64,000 nucleotides of DNA from the NCBI GenBank assembly GCA_049510745.1, contig JBEKYR010000031.1:23689-87688 (forward strand), given 5' to 3'. The translations under genes were made by a program, and so were the position numbers. This stretch comes from Verrucomicrobiota bacterium (GTDB taxonomy: Bacteria; Verrucomicrobiota; Verrucomicrobiia; Limisphaerales; Palsa-1400). This document shows positions 1-10,500 of this stretch, piece by piece (within the stretch, counting starts at the first letter, position 1; the number at the start of each line of letters is the position of its first letter). The notes beneath the pieces are model-generated. The model made no database searches and was not told the origin of the DNA. It worked only from the letters and a program-made list of their open reading frames with translations.

Positions 1-73
1 GGCCGGCGGCTGCGGTGAGAGATTTCACCCGGAGCGACTTGTGTTGCTCCGGGTTTTTTGTTTAGCTTCGGCC

Positions 74-2380
74 ATGCGCCTGAGTTTTATCCGATCACCG
101 GCTTTTTTTAGCGCGGCTCCCGTCATTCTTGGCGTGTGCGCCCTCGAGTTGGCCCACCTCGTGGCCTTCCAACGCATGGAATGGATGACCTACGACTGGC
201 GCGCCCGCCTGGCCCACAGTTATGCCGGGGCCGCGGCTCAGAATGCGACCAACCTGGGGTTGATCGAAGTCAGCGACACCACCATCGCGGCCGTGAACAG
301 CGGGGAATTCGGCTTCACCTTCGGCCTCTACTGGCCCCGCGAAGTTTATTCCCGCGGCTTGCATGAACTTTCCCGCGACGGTGTCAAATGCGTCGCCTTC
401 GATGTGCTCTTCGCCGAACAGCGCTTCGATCATCCCGATGTGCCGCTGCGGGACGGGACGAAGGTCAGTTCCGACGAGTACTTTGCGCGTCAATTAAAAG
501 AATCCGGCAACGTCATCCTGGCGGCCGACCAGGATTTGATGCCGCATCGGCTCTTTGCCACCAACGCCTGGTGCGTCGCCAACATTTCCGTCAGCCGCGA
601 TGCCGACGGCGTCTTGCGCCGCGACCGGGCCTACGAGGACATTCGCGTCTGGGACCCGCTCATCCAAAACGTGGCCAAGTCCTACGACTTCAACCTCCGC
701 CGGACGAGGATCGAGCCGAACAAAATCATTTTTGTGCGCCAGCGGGGCGGGGAAACGGTGGAGTTCCCCACCGATGGCACGGGCAGCATCGAGACCACTA
801 ATATCCTCAGTTCGATTCCCCCCGGCTTTCCGCGCAAGATCATTCCCTACCGCCTTTACCGCGCCTGGAGCATGGGCATCCGCATGGCCTCCAGGGAACT
901 CCAGCTCGATTTGGACCACGTCGATTTCGAGCCGGGACGGATTATCCTGCACGGCGTGAACGGGATCACCCGCACGATTCCAGTCGATAACGACGGCTAT
1001 TTTTACGTCGATTGGGCCATGACCCCAAACGATCCGCGCCTGACGCGGGGCGCCTTCGAGGAATTGCTGGCCGCGCCGATCGAACGCGCCAATGGCAACA
1101 CCGTGACCAATTTTTGGAAGGACAAGCTCGTGCTGGTCGGTTCGACCGCCACCGGCAATGATCTGGCCGACGTCGGCGCCACCCCGCTGGAGAGCCACAC
1201 CTTCCTTGTCACCAAACATTTGAACGTGGCCAACTCCGTCATCACCGGCCGCTTCATTCACACCACCCCGCTCGTTGTCAGCCTCTTGCTCATCCTCCTG
1301 GTCGGCGTGGCCTCGGCCTGGATCACCTGGGGCGTGGCCAAAGCGGCCCACGGCAGTTTGCTCATGCTCGCGTTTGCCGCCGTCTATGTCATCGCCACCT
1401 TGATCCTCTTCGAGGAGTTCCGCCTCTGGGTGCCGATAATCCTGCCTATGGTTTGCGCCGGTTTCGTCACTCATCTTTCCGCCGTCACCTTCCGCGTGCG
1501 CGTCGAGCAATCGGAAAGAAAACGGGTCAAGCAGCTTTTCTCCCGCCTGGTTTCCCCCGACGTCGTCAATGAAGTCCTCAATGCTCCCTCGCTCAAGGTG
1601 GGCGGCATCCGGCGCGAGATGACCATCTATTTTGCCGACGTCCGCGGCTTCACCGAATTGACCGATGAAACCCAGGCCCACGCCGCCGAATACATCCAGC
1701 AGCACAACCTGAGCGCGGACCAGGCCGAAGATTACTACGACGCCCAGGCCCGCGAAACCCTCAACACCGTCAGCACTTACCTCGGTACCATCGCCGACTG
1801 CGTCAAACAGCACAAAGGAACCCTCGACAAGTACATCGGCGACTGCGTCATGGCTTTTTGGGGCGCCCCACTGCCCAATCCCCGCCACGCCGTGGACGCG
1901 GTGCGGTCGGCCATTGACGCGCAACTGGCGCTCTATGCGTTGAATATGGAACGCCAGGCGCGCAACAAACAGATCGCGGAGGAAAACGCCGCGCGCGTCA
2001 AGCTGGGGCAGCCGCCGCTTCCCTACCTGCCGGTCCTTTTCATGGGCAGCGGGATCAACACCGGCACCGCCATCGCGGGATTGATGGGTTCCGACGCCCA
2101 CATCGTCAACTATACTGTTTTTGGCCGCGAGGTCAACCTGGCCAGCCGCCTGGAGGGCGTTTCCGGCCACGCCCGCATCATCATCGGCGAGGCCACCCAC
2201 GCCGCCCTCAAACGGGACGATCCCAAGCTGGCGGAAGCCTGCATCGAACTGGAACCCCAGAAGGTCAAGGGCTTTCGCACCGCCGTCCGGATTTTCGAGG
2301 TGTTGTGGCAGCCCGTTTCCGGCGCCCCGCTGCCCCCCGGCAGCACGGAGTACCGCGAGCGCAAGGCCGCTTCCCACTGA
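74..2380 (+). CDS. CHASE2-domain membrane class III adenylate cyclase
   Basis: CHASE2 motifs (WPR, FDVLFAE, DADGVLRR, LVGSTA), three TM helices, then cyclase motifs FADVRGFT, DKYIGDCVMAFWGAP, GINTG and VNLASRLEG. The Lys in DKYIGD suggests ATP specificity. Start placed at ATG 74 rather than GTG 41. Confidence 0.9.
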   Translation: MRLSFIRSPAFFSAAPVILGVCALELAHLVAFQRMEWMTYDWRARLAHSYAGAAAQNATNLGLIEVSDTTIAAVNSGEFGFTFGLYWPREVYSRGLHELSRDGVKCVAFDVLFAEQRFDHPDVPLRDGTKVSSDEYFARQLKESGNVILAADQDLMPHRLFATNAWCVANISVSRDADGVLRRDRAYEDIRVWDPLIQNVAKSYDFNLRRTRIEPNKIIFVRQRGGETVEFPTDGTGSIETTNILSSIPPGFPRKIIPYRLYRAWSMGIRMASRELQLDLDHVDFEPGRIILHGVNGITRTIPVDNDGYFYVDWAMTPNDPRLTRGAFEELLAAPIERANGNTVTNFWKDKLVLVGSTATGNDLADVGATPLESHTFLVTKHLNVANSVITGRFIHTTPLVVSLLLILLVGVASAWITWGVAKAAHGSLLMLAFAAVYVIATLILFEEFRLWVPIILPMVCAGFVTHLSAVTFRVRVEQSERKRVKQLFSRLVSPDVVNEVLNAPSLKVGGIRREMTIYFADVRGFTELTDETQAHAAEYIQQHNLSADQAEDYYDAQARETLNTVSTYLGTIADCVKQHKGTLDKYIGDCVMAFWGAPLPNPRHAVDAVRSAIDAQLALYALNMERQARNKQIAEENAARVKLGQPPLPYLPVLFMGSGINTGTAIAGLMGSDAHIVNYTVFGREVNLASRLEGVSGHARIIIGEATHAALKRDDPKLAEACIELEPQKVKGFRTAVRIFEVLWQPVSGAPLPPGSTEYRERKAASH

Positions 2381-2491
2381 ACTGGTTCTTTGCCATGGCC
2401 TTGGCCGCCCTCGGTGTCGTGGAAATGATTGCCGCCAAATCCATTCCGATGCCCTGACCGAAAACGCCGGGAAAACTGCCAAAGAAATCCA

Positions 2492-2558
2492 TTGACAAGC
2501 CTCGGCGGAAAGCACTATTAGAAGCGTGCCGCACCTCGCGCGGGCACAAGCTGTAGTA
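2492..2558 (+). promoter_or_regulatory. sigma70-like promoter with two degenerate NrdR-box-like sites
   Basis: Perfect TTGACA at 2492. CACTATTAGAAGCG (2513) and CACAAGCTGTAGTA (2545) start 32 bp apart and resemble the NrdR box CACwAyATrTAGTG. They lie directly upstream of an nrdA-like gene. Confidence 0.5.
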
Positions 2559-2588
2559 GCCTGCCTCGCCCTGATGCGGGCGAGGCCG

Positions 2589-4838
2589 ATGAGTGATTTG
2601 CCGCAAGAACAATTACACATTCAAGGGCTTGATCCCTTGGAAGGGAGAACTTTTCGCGTCCGAAAACGCGATGGCCGGACCGAGGAATTCAACGAGGCGC
2701 GAATTCTTCTCGCTCTGGAATGCGCCTTCAAGGCCCACCACGGCCTCAGCCCTGAGAAACATTTGCCGGATGCGGTGCAAGCCGCGGTCAAGAAATGCGC
2801 CGACCATGTGGTCGAACGCGTCTTGAGCCGCGCGGTCAAGGGCGAGGAGTTGGAAGTCGAGCGCATCCAGGACGCGGCCGAGGACCAACTGATGACCGAG
2901 GGCCACCTGGAGGTGGCGCGCCGCTACATCCTCTACCGGGAAGAACGCCGCCGGACGCGGGTCGAGCGCGAATTGCGCGCCGTGTTCCAGGAATCAAAGC
3001 CGCCGCCGCCTGTCCCCAAAACCCCGACCGCCGCGCCGCCGGAAGAGCGTCCGCGAGCGGGGGGCCTTTCGGCGCAAGAATGGCTGCGCAGCATTTACGG
3101 CCAAGCCCTGCCCAAGCCACGGCCCGGTGAAACACTCCAAGAGGTTCATCGCCGCCATTTCGACTGCTGCCTCAACGAAGGAGAGTATCTGCGCCTGGTG
3201 GACGCCGAGTTGCTGGAGTTTGACTCCGCACGCCTCGCCCGCGGCCTGCGCCTGGAACGGGACCAAACCTTCACGGCGGCGGGATTGGAGGCGCTGCACG
3301 ACCTTTACCTGCCCCGCGAAAATGGCCGCCGCCTCCAAACACCGCAGCATTTCTGGATGAAGATCGCCATGGGGCTGGCCTTGAACGAAGGCGCGGCGCG
3401 GGAAACGCGCGCCCTGGAGTTTTACGAAGTTCTCTCCACCTTCCGTTTCGTTCCCTCGGATTTGATCTTGCGCCACGCCGGCTCGCCCCATCCGCAACTG
3501 AGCGCCTGCCACGGGGCCGCCTCCGCCTCTGATCTCGAACACGTCACGCTCCAACCCGGCGGCCCGGCCTGCTCCTGGCTGGAGCCTTGGCACCGTGATG
3601 TTTTGGCTTTCCTGGCGCGGCCCCAACCCGGCGGCGCTCCGTCGGACCCGCAATTGAACAAAGGGCTGTGGGTGCCGGACCTGTTCATGAAACGGCTCCG
3701 CCAGCAGGGCTCCTGGACGATCTTCGATCCCGGCGAGGCCGACGGCCTGCGCCGCTGCCAGGGCGCGGAATTTGAGGCGCGGTACCTCGAATACGAGCAA
3801 CAAGCCGCGCGGGGCGGCCTGCGCTTTTCCCGGCGGATAAACGCAGCGGACTTGTGGCGCCAGGTCCTGGTGTCGCTCCTGCAAACCGGCCAGCCCTGGC
3901 TCGGCTTCAAGGACGCTGTCAATACTCGTTCCACGCGGGACCACCGCGGCCCGGTTTGCGGCGCGGGCGTGGATGGCGACGTTTTGCCCAAGACCTTCCC
4001 CTACGAAGGGACCGCCTGCCCGTTGGGAGCGATCAACCTCGCCGCCCATCTGACGGATCGGGGCGTTGGTCTCGATGTGACGCAATTGCGGGCCACCGTC
4101 ACCGCGGCGGTTCGCATGCTCGATAACGCCGTCGATTTGAGCGCCTACCCGGCGGAGCCGCTTCGCGCCGCCAGCCGGGAACAGCGGCCCATCGGCCTGG
4201 GTGTGGCGGGCTTTGCCGATGCCCTCGACCGCCTCCAACTCCAGCCGGCCAGCGCGGCCGCCGCCGACTTTGCCGACTGGAGCATGGAATTGGTCTCTTA
4301 CTTTGCCATCCTGGCCTCGGCGGAACTGGCCGCCGAACGCGGCCCCTGTCCCGGCTATGCCGCCTCCAAGTGGAGCCGCGGCCTCCTGCCCCTCGACACC
4401 CTGGCGCTGCTGTCAAGCAGACGCGGCCTGCCCGTGGATGTCAACGCCGCCGCCGCCCAGGATTGGGAACCCGTCCGCGCCATGATTCGGCGGCATGGGA
4501 TGCGCCACTGCGCCACCACCGCCGTCGCCTCCTGCCACGGCCCCGCCCGTGTCGCCGGCCTGGCTCCCTTCCCGGACGCCGGAGCGACCGACCCTTTCTG
4601 GCTGATCGAGTGCGCGGCGCGGCGTCAGAAATGGATCGACCTGGGCCACACCCTCGACCTGCCCGCGCCGGAACGGGACCTGGCGAAAATCTCGCGCCTC
4701 TACACGCAGGCCTGGGAAAAAGGGCTGAAAACCATCCATCAGTTGCTTCCCGCCGCGCAACTTCAGGAACATCCGGGCGTGGCCGGGGTCCCGGCGGCGA
4801 TCCAGCCGCCGCCGGAAATGGCCGCCGCCCCGGTTTGA
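2589..4838 (+). CDS. Ribonucleotide reductase alpha-subunit (NrdA) paralogue with ATP cone, predicted catalytically inactive
   Basis: ATP cone (VRKRDGRTEEF...VERIQD...YILYR) and NrdA segments TPQHFWMKIAMGLA, PQLSAC, WVPDLFMKR, RPIGLG and RRQKWID. The SNLCxE loop, the YY pair and the C-terminal CxxC are absent. Confidence 0.85.
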   Translation: MSDLPQEQLHIQGLDPLEGRTFRVRKRDGRTEEFNEARILLALECAFKAHHGLSPEKHLPDAVQAAVKKCADHVVERVLSRAVKGEELEVERIQDAAEDQLMTEGHLEVARRYILYREERRRTRVERELRAVFQESKPPPPVPKTPTAAPPEERPRAGGLSAQEWLRSIYGQALPKPRPGETLQEVHRRHFDCCLNEGEYLRLVDAELLEFDSARLARGLRLERDQTFTAAGLEALHDLYLPRENGRRLQTPQHFWMKIAMGLALNEGAARETRALEFYEVLSTFRFVPSDLILRHAGSPHPQLSACHGAASASDLEHVTLQPGGPACSWLEPWHRDVLAFLARPQPGGAPSDPQLNKGLWVPDLFMKRLRQQGSWTIFDPGEADGLRRCQGAEFEARYLEYEQQAARGGLRFSRRINAADLWRQVLVSLLQTGQPWLGFKDAVNTRSTRDHRGPVCGAGVDGDVLPKTFPYEGTACPLGAINLAAHLTDRGVGLDVTQLRATVTAAVRMLDNAVDLSAYPAEPLRAASREQRPIGLGVAGFADALDRLQLQPASAAAADFADWSMELVSYFAILASAELAAERGPCPGYAASKWSRGLLPLDTLALLSSRRGLPVDVNAAAAQDWEPVRAMIRRHGMRHCATTAVASCHGPARVAGLAPFPDAGATDPFWLIECAARRQKWIDLGHTLDLPAPERDLAKISRLYTQAWEKGLKTIHQLLPAAQLQEHPGVAGVPAAIQPPPEMAAAPV

Positions 4839-4903
4839 TGTTAGGTTCCTGAAACGGTTACGAAAGCTCTTCGTTGACCGGGCCCGGCCGAGGCTCCAGC
4901 GGG

Positions 4904-7274
4904 TCAGCGCACCTGGAGGCGGTAGAACTGGGCGCCCAGGGCTGGATTGGGGTTGACAAAACAGTTCGTCCCGCCCTCAAGGGTGCATGTGCCGATGACC
5001 TGCCAGTTCAACAAATCAGCGGAAGACTCGATGTTCACCGGCAGGTTGGTAAGACCGGTGATCCCGAAACCGAATTGGCCGGCGTTCAGACTGGGTGGCT
5101 GTAACATCGGCGCTGCTGAACTGGCCGGAAATCCTTTCCGGATGGTGTTGTTGAAAGTGTCCGTCACATAGAGGTTGCCCGCGCTGTCCACCGCCACGCC
5201 GTAAGGGTTATTAAACCCCGCGTTGCTCCCCGTCCCGTCCGCGCTGGCACTCCAGCCCGGCCATCCCGCCAGCGTCGTCACCACCCAATTCGTTCCGACC
5301 GGCGTCACTTCCCGGATCGTGGAGTTCCAGGAGTCCGTCACATAGACGTTGCCCGCCAAGTCCACCGTCAAGTAAGACGGGTTGGAAAACTGCGCGGCGC
5401 TGTTCGTCCCGTCCGCGCTGCCAGAAGTTCCCGCCAGTCCGGCCAGAGTGGTCACCTCCCAACTCGCGCCGACCGGCGTCACTTTCCGGATCGTGTTGTT
5501 GCCCGAGTCCGCCACATAGACGTTGCCCGCGCTGTCCAGCGCCACGTCGCCAGGACCATTAAACCGCGCGGCGCTCCCCGTGCCGTCATTCGTACCAGTA
5601 CTGCCCGCCAGTCCGGCCAGGGTCGTCACCACGCCCGCCGACGTCACTTTCCGGATCGTCGAGTTGTTATAATCTGCCACATAGACGTTGCCATTGGTGT
5701 CCACCGCCACGCCGGTAGGATAACTAAACCGCGCGTTGCTCCCCGTCCCGTTCTGGCTGCCCGTAACACCAGCCAGTCCGGCCAGGGTCGTCACCACGCC
5801 CGCCGACGTCACTTTCCGGATCGTCGAGTTGTTACAATCTGCCACATAGACGTTGCCCGCGTTGTCCACCGCCACGCCGGCAGGCTCATTAAACAGTGAC
5901 ACCCGCCAGTCCGGCCAAGGTCGTCACCATGCCCGCCGGCGTCACTTTCCGGAGGGTCGAGTTTAGCTCCTCCGCCACATAAAGGTTGCCATTGGTGTCC
6001 ACCGCCACACCGTCCGGCAAGTTAAACCGCGCGGCGCTCCCCGGCCCGTCCGCGCTGCCAGGACAGCCCGCCAGTCCCGCTAGCGTCGTCACCACGCCCG
6101 CCGACGTCACTTCCCGGATCGTGTTGTTGATCGTGTCCGCCACATAGACGGTGCCATTGGTGTCCACCGCCACGCCTTGAGGCCAGTAAAACTGCGCCGC
6201 GCTCCCCGTGCCGTCATTCGTACCAGTACTGCCCGCCAGTCCGGCCAGGGTCGTCACCACGCCCGCCGGCGTCACTTTCCGGATCGTCGAGTTGGCATAA
6301 TCTGCCACATAGACGTTGCTCGCGTTGTCCACCGCCACGCTACTAGGATAATCAAACCGGGCGGCGCTCCCAGTACCGTTCTGGCTGCCAGTAACACCCG
6401 CCAGGCCGGCCAGGGTCGTCACCACCCAATTCATTCCGTCGGGCGTCATTTTCCGGATCGTGCTGTTCTGGTGGTCCGCCACATAGAGGTTGCCCGCGCT
6501 GTCCACCGCCATGCCGGCAGGATAATGAAACCGCGCGGCGCTCCCGGTCCCGTCCGCGCTGCCGGCACTGCCCGCCAGCCCGGCCAGGGTCGTCACCACG
6601 CCCGCCGGCGTCACTTCCCGGATTGTGTCGTTGTCCCTGTCCGCCACATAGAGGTTGCCCGCGCTGTCCACCGCCACACCCCGAGGATAATTAAACCGCG
6701 CGGCGCTCCCCGTGCCGTCATTCGTGCCAGAACTGCCCGCCAGTCCGGCCAGGGTCGTCACCACGCCCGCCGGCGTCACTTTCCGGATCGTGTTGTTGCC
6801 GCCGTCCGTCACATAGACGTTGCCATTGGCGTCCACCGCCACGCGGCCAGGATCATTAAACCGCGCGTTGCTCCCCGTCCCATCCGCGCTGCCGGCAACG
6901 CCCGCCAGTCCGGCCAGGGTCGTCACCACCCAATTCGTTCCGACTGGCCTCACTTTCCGGATCGTGTTGTTCTGGTCGTCCCCCACATAGAGGTTGCCCG
7001 CGCTGTCCACCGCCACCCCCATAGGCTGCGCGAACCGCGCGGCGCTGTTCGTCCCGTCCGCGCTGCCAGAGCCGCTGTCCCCGGCCAGGGTGGTGAAGGT
7101 GTAGGGAGTGGCGTAATTGGCCTGGCCAAAGGCGGCCAGGGGCAGGACGGCCAGCCAGAGCAGGGCGCCCGGCAAATTCCCGGCCAGCCGCCGGAAAAGA
7201 CTATCGGGTTTCGTCATGTATCCAGTGCCGGACCAGCGTCCGGCGCGATTTGAAGGGACAACGTTCTTTTTCAT
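4904..7274 (-). pseudogene. Secreted NHL-repeat beta-propeller protein split by a frameshifting deletion at about 5894
   Basis: ORFs 5889-7274 (signal peptide plus NHL repeats FNxPxGVAVDxxGNxYVAD) and 4904-5893 (NHL repeats plus ...QFYRLQVR) are colinear. About 32 nt of one repeat unit is missing at the junction. Could be an assembly error. Confidence 0.8.
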
Positions 7275-7355
7275 TGTTTGTGATCTTTTGTTTTGAATTG
7301 GTCCTCCGACCAGGACGCGCTTCGGGCCTCCTTGGCCCCGCTGTGGGGTCTGCCA

Positions 7356-7475
7356 AAAGAGGACTTCTTCGCGGTCATCAGCCGGTTTCATAGGCGAAGG
7401 CGTTGGTGCCTTCACTCATACATGCGCATTCGGGCGGGAAAAAGTATGGAGGCATTTCAGAAATCTTTTTCGCCA
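7356..7475. repeat. Diverged ~120-bp copy of the kinase promoter and 5' end (other copy 10856-10975)
   Basis: Both sites share aaagaggacttcttc...gccggtttcatagg...ttggtgccttcactcatacatgcg...aaaagtatgga...ttcgcca and both encode MKPADDREEVLF. Confidence 0.9.
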
Positions 7476-7525
7476 GTCCACTTCCTGCAAATCAGCGAGG
7501 GGCGTCCGGCCTCACTGAAATCAGG

Positions 7526-10500
7526 TCACCGGGTCCCTGCCTTTTCGGCATCTGCGATCTCCGCCCATGACGGAGCGCGCCAGAAATGAACCACCCCATC
7601 GCGCCCGCCGGTCGCCAGGATTTTGTCATCGGGCGAGAATTGGACGAAATACTGAGGAACATCGGTTTTAAAAGTGAGGATTTCACGGTCGGTCTCCAGG
7701 TCCCAAAGTTTTACCGCCGGATCGTCACTGCCGCTGGCCAAGGTCCGCCCATCGCTGGAAAAGGCCAGTTGTATGACACCTGTCTTGTGTCCGGTTAGAG
7801 TTGCCACTTCCTTTTTCGCGTTAAGGTCGCAAACTTCGATGCTGCCGTCCCAACTCCCCGCGGCGAACAGGCCACGGCTGGAGAAAGCCAGGGCGGCAAC
7901 GGGATCCCTGAAACCAGCCACGGTCCAAATCACCTGCCGCTTCTGCAAATCCCACAGTTTGGCCGTCAGGTCATAATGCCCCGAGGCGAGCAGCTTGCTG
8001 TCCGGCGAGAACAACAGACACCGGGCCGTTGTTACCGGAAGCTCGAACAGAGCTTTACCGGTGAGAAGGTCATTCACGACAATTCGGCCAGGGTGCGAGG
8101 TCGCAACCAGTTTGCCATCGGGCGAAAGGGCGGAATCAAAGATTCTGCTTACAGGAGTGGCGACCGTCGTGGACGCGAGCAGCGATTGCGTTGAAAGGTC
8201 CCACTGTCGAAGCAGCGTCAATGATTCGTCGCGTGTGATTAGACTTTTGCCATCAGCCGAAAAGACCACCGGGTAACCCTCCATGTCCCGGCCAGCCTGG
8301 ACTTGTCCAGTGGATGTCTCCCAAAGCCTGACGCCGCCGCCAACAGTGGTGGCCGCCAGGCGTTTTCCGTCTGGGGAAAAAACCGGCAATCCAACGTGGT
8401 CGAATCGATCCATGGCGATATTGGTAATGGTATTTTGTTCTCTTGAGGCCGAAGGATTCCAAAGCATGACTGTATCGTCCAAACTGCCGCTGGCCAGCGA
8501 CCTGCCATCGGGTGAAAACGTCACAGCCCAAACCTCTTTCCCATGTCCACGCAGACTTCCCAGCATCTGGCAGCTTGGGATCTCCCACAGAGTAATATCA
8601 TGGGTCTTGTTCCCGGTTGCCAGAAGCCGGCCGTCCGGAGAAAAGGCGACGCTAAGAATTGCAGCGATGGCTTTTGATAGAATCGCCGGCCTTTGCTTGG
8701 TCAACTCCCACAGCCCCGTAACCCCGGAACCGGCGCCCCAGGCCAGGAAGCGTCCATCCGGCGAAAACGCCAAAGAAAGGACGTTTTCGCTGGAATAGGA
8801 ATTGAATGGCTTTAAGTCTTCGAGACGCCACAGTTTGATCAATCCGCCCCCGTTGGCGGTCGCGAGGATTTTGCCGTCGGGAGAAAACGCAACCCGGCCC
8901 CCCGGCTCGGGCAAGACGGACATCATCCGGCCGGCAGCGTAGTTCCACAGTTGCACGGGACCGTCTGTTTCACCATAGATGTTACCACCCGTCGCGATGG
9001 CCAGAAGACCGCCTGAAATGGCCAGGTAGGCTGCGTGGTTTGTCGTAGTGATGGTGAGAACGATCTGATGCGTCCGGGCATCCCATAATCGAACCAAGCC
9101 GTCCGCACCCCCGCTGGCAAATAACTTTCCATCGGGCGAGAAAGCCACGGACATAACCTCGGCGGAATGGCCGGCGCAATTGGCGATGAGTTCGCCGGTT
9201 ATCGCATTCCAAAGTCTCACCGTGTGATCCGAACTGCCGGAGGCCAGCATCGTTCCGTCCGGTGAATAGGCGACGCAATTGACGTAATTCGAGTGGCCAA
9301 CCAACGTCTTAAGCTGCTCGCCCCGGCTCTTGCCCCACAGGTAACGCCATTCGAAGCCGCGCAGGTCTTCCTGCCCGGGTTCAGGTTGATGTTGCGCGAG
9401 CATCCGGCGAGCGAGGCCAAAGTTTCCATCCTCCAAGGCGAGGTTCGCCGCGATCAGGTCCGAGGCGTAGGCGTTTCGCCGGGTGGCAGCTTCCCGCGCG
9501 TCGGCAAGCTGGCGCAAGCGGCTTTGCTCCCGCTCGGCCTCCAGGGTCTGTTGATGGGCTTTCTTCTCCTGAACGAACATCCAGGTAGAAACGCCCAAGC
9601 CGAGGATGAGCGCCGCAGTCACGGCACTGGCAGCAATGAAGGCCAGCTTGTTGCGCCGCACCATTTTCTGAAACAGATACATCTTGCCCGGCGGCCGGGC
9701 CAGCACAGGCTCGTTGCCGATGTGCCGCTCAAGGTCCGCAGCCAACCCGCTGGCCGTCTCGTAACGCCGTGTTCGATCCTTCTCCAGACACTTCATCACG
9801 ATCCAATCCAAGTCCCCGCGCACCAGATTCAGCAGCTTGGGCGCATCGGTCTGACGGCGCTTGGCCGTGGTCGTCAACTCGCCTTCGCCCAGGGTGGTCA
9901 GGCGGGTGCTCGGCCGTCGCGGTTCCTCTTCGCGGATGGTCCGGCGCATCTCTTCAATCCCCTTGGCCAGCAATTCCTTTGCGTCAAACGGCGTCTTGCC
10001 TGTCAACAACTCGTAGAGCAACACCCCAAGGCTGTAGATGTCGCTGCGGGTGTCGATGTCCAGCCCGGCCATCTCGGCTTGTTCCGGACTCATGTACGCC
10101 GGCGTGCCGATCATTTGCTCCAGCGCCGTGTAAATGGTTTTCTCGGTCAACCGCTGCTCCGTCGCCTTGGCCACCCCAAAATCAATCACTTTCGGCACCG
10201 CGACGCCATCGTGTATGGCCACCAGAATGTTCGACGGTTTGATATCCCGATGAATCACTCCCTTCTGATGCGCGTGCTGGACGGCATGGCAAATCTGGAC
10301 GAACAAATCCAACCGCTCCCCGGTGGAGAGGTTGTTCTGGTCGCAGTAATCGGTGATTTTAATCCCCTGCACCAGTTCCATCACAAAGAACGGACGGCCT
10401 TTGTCCGTGGCGCCCGCGTCGAACACCTTGGCGATATTGGGATGGTCCATCAGCGCCAGGGCCTGCCGTTCGGCCTCGAAACGAGCCAACACTTGTTTGC

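Noticed and set aside
494..2620. Long antisense ORFs (this one, and 9293-11065, 13908-15458, 23970-25580, 39940-42015, 50456-52516)
   Set aside because: Shadow frames of high-GC genes with no recognisable motifs.
7275..7415. N-terminal extension MKAPTPSPMKPADD of the NHL ORF
   Set aside because: It derives from the duplicated kinase 5' end; the signal-peptide-compatible start is ATG 7274 or later.
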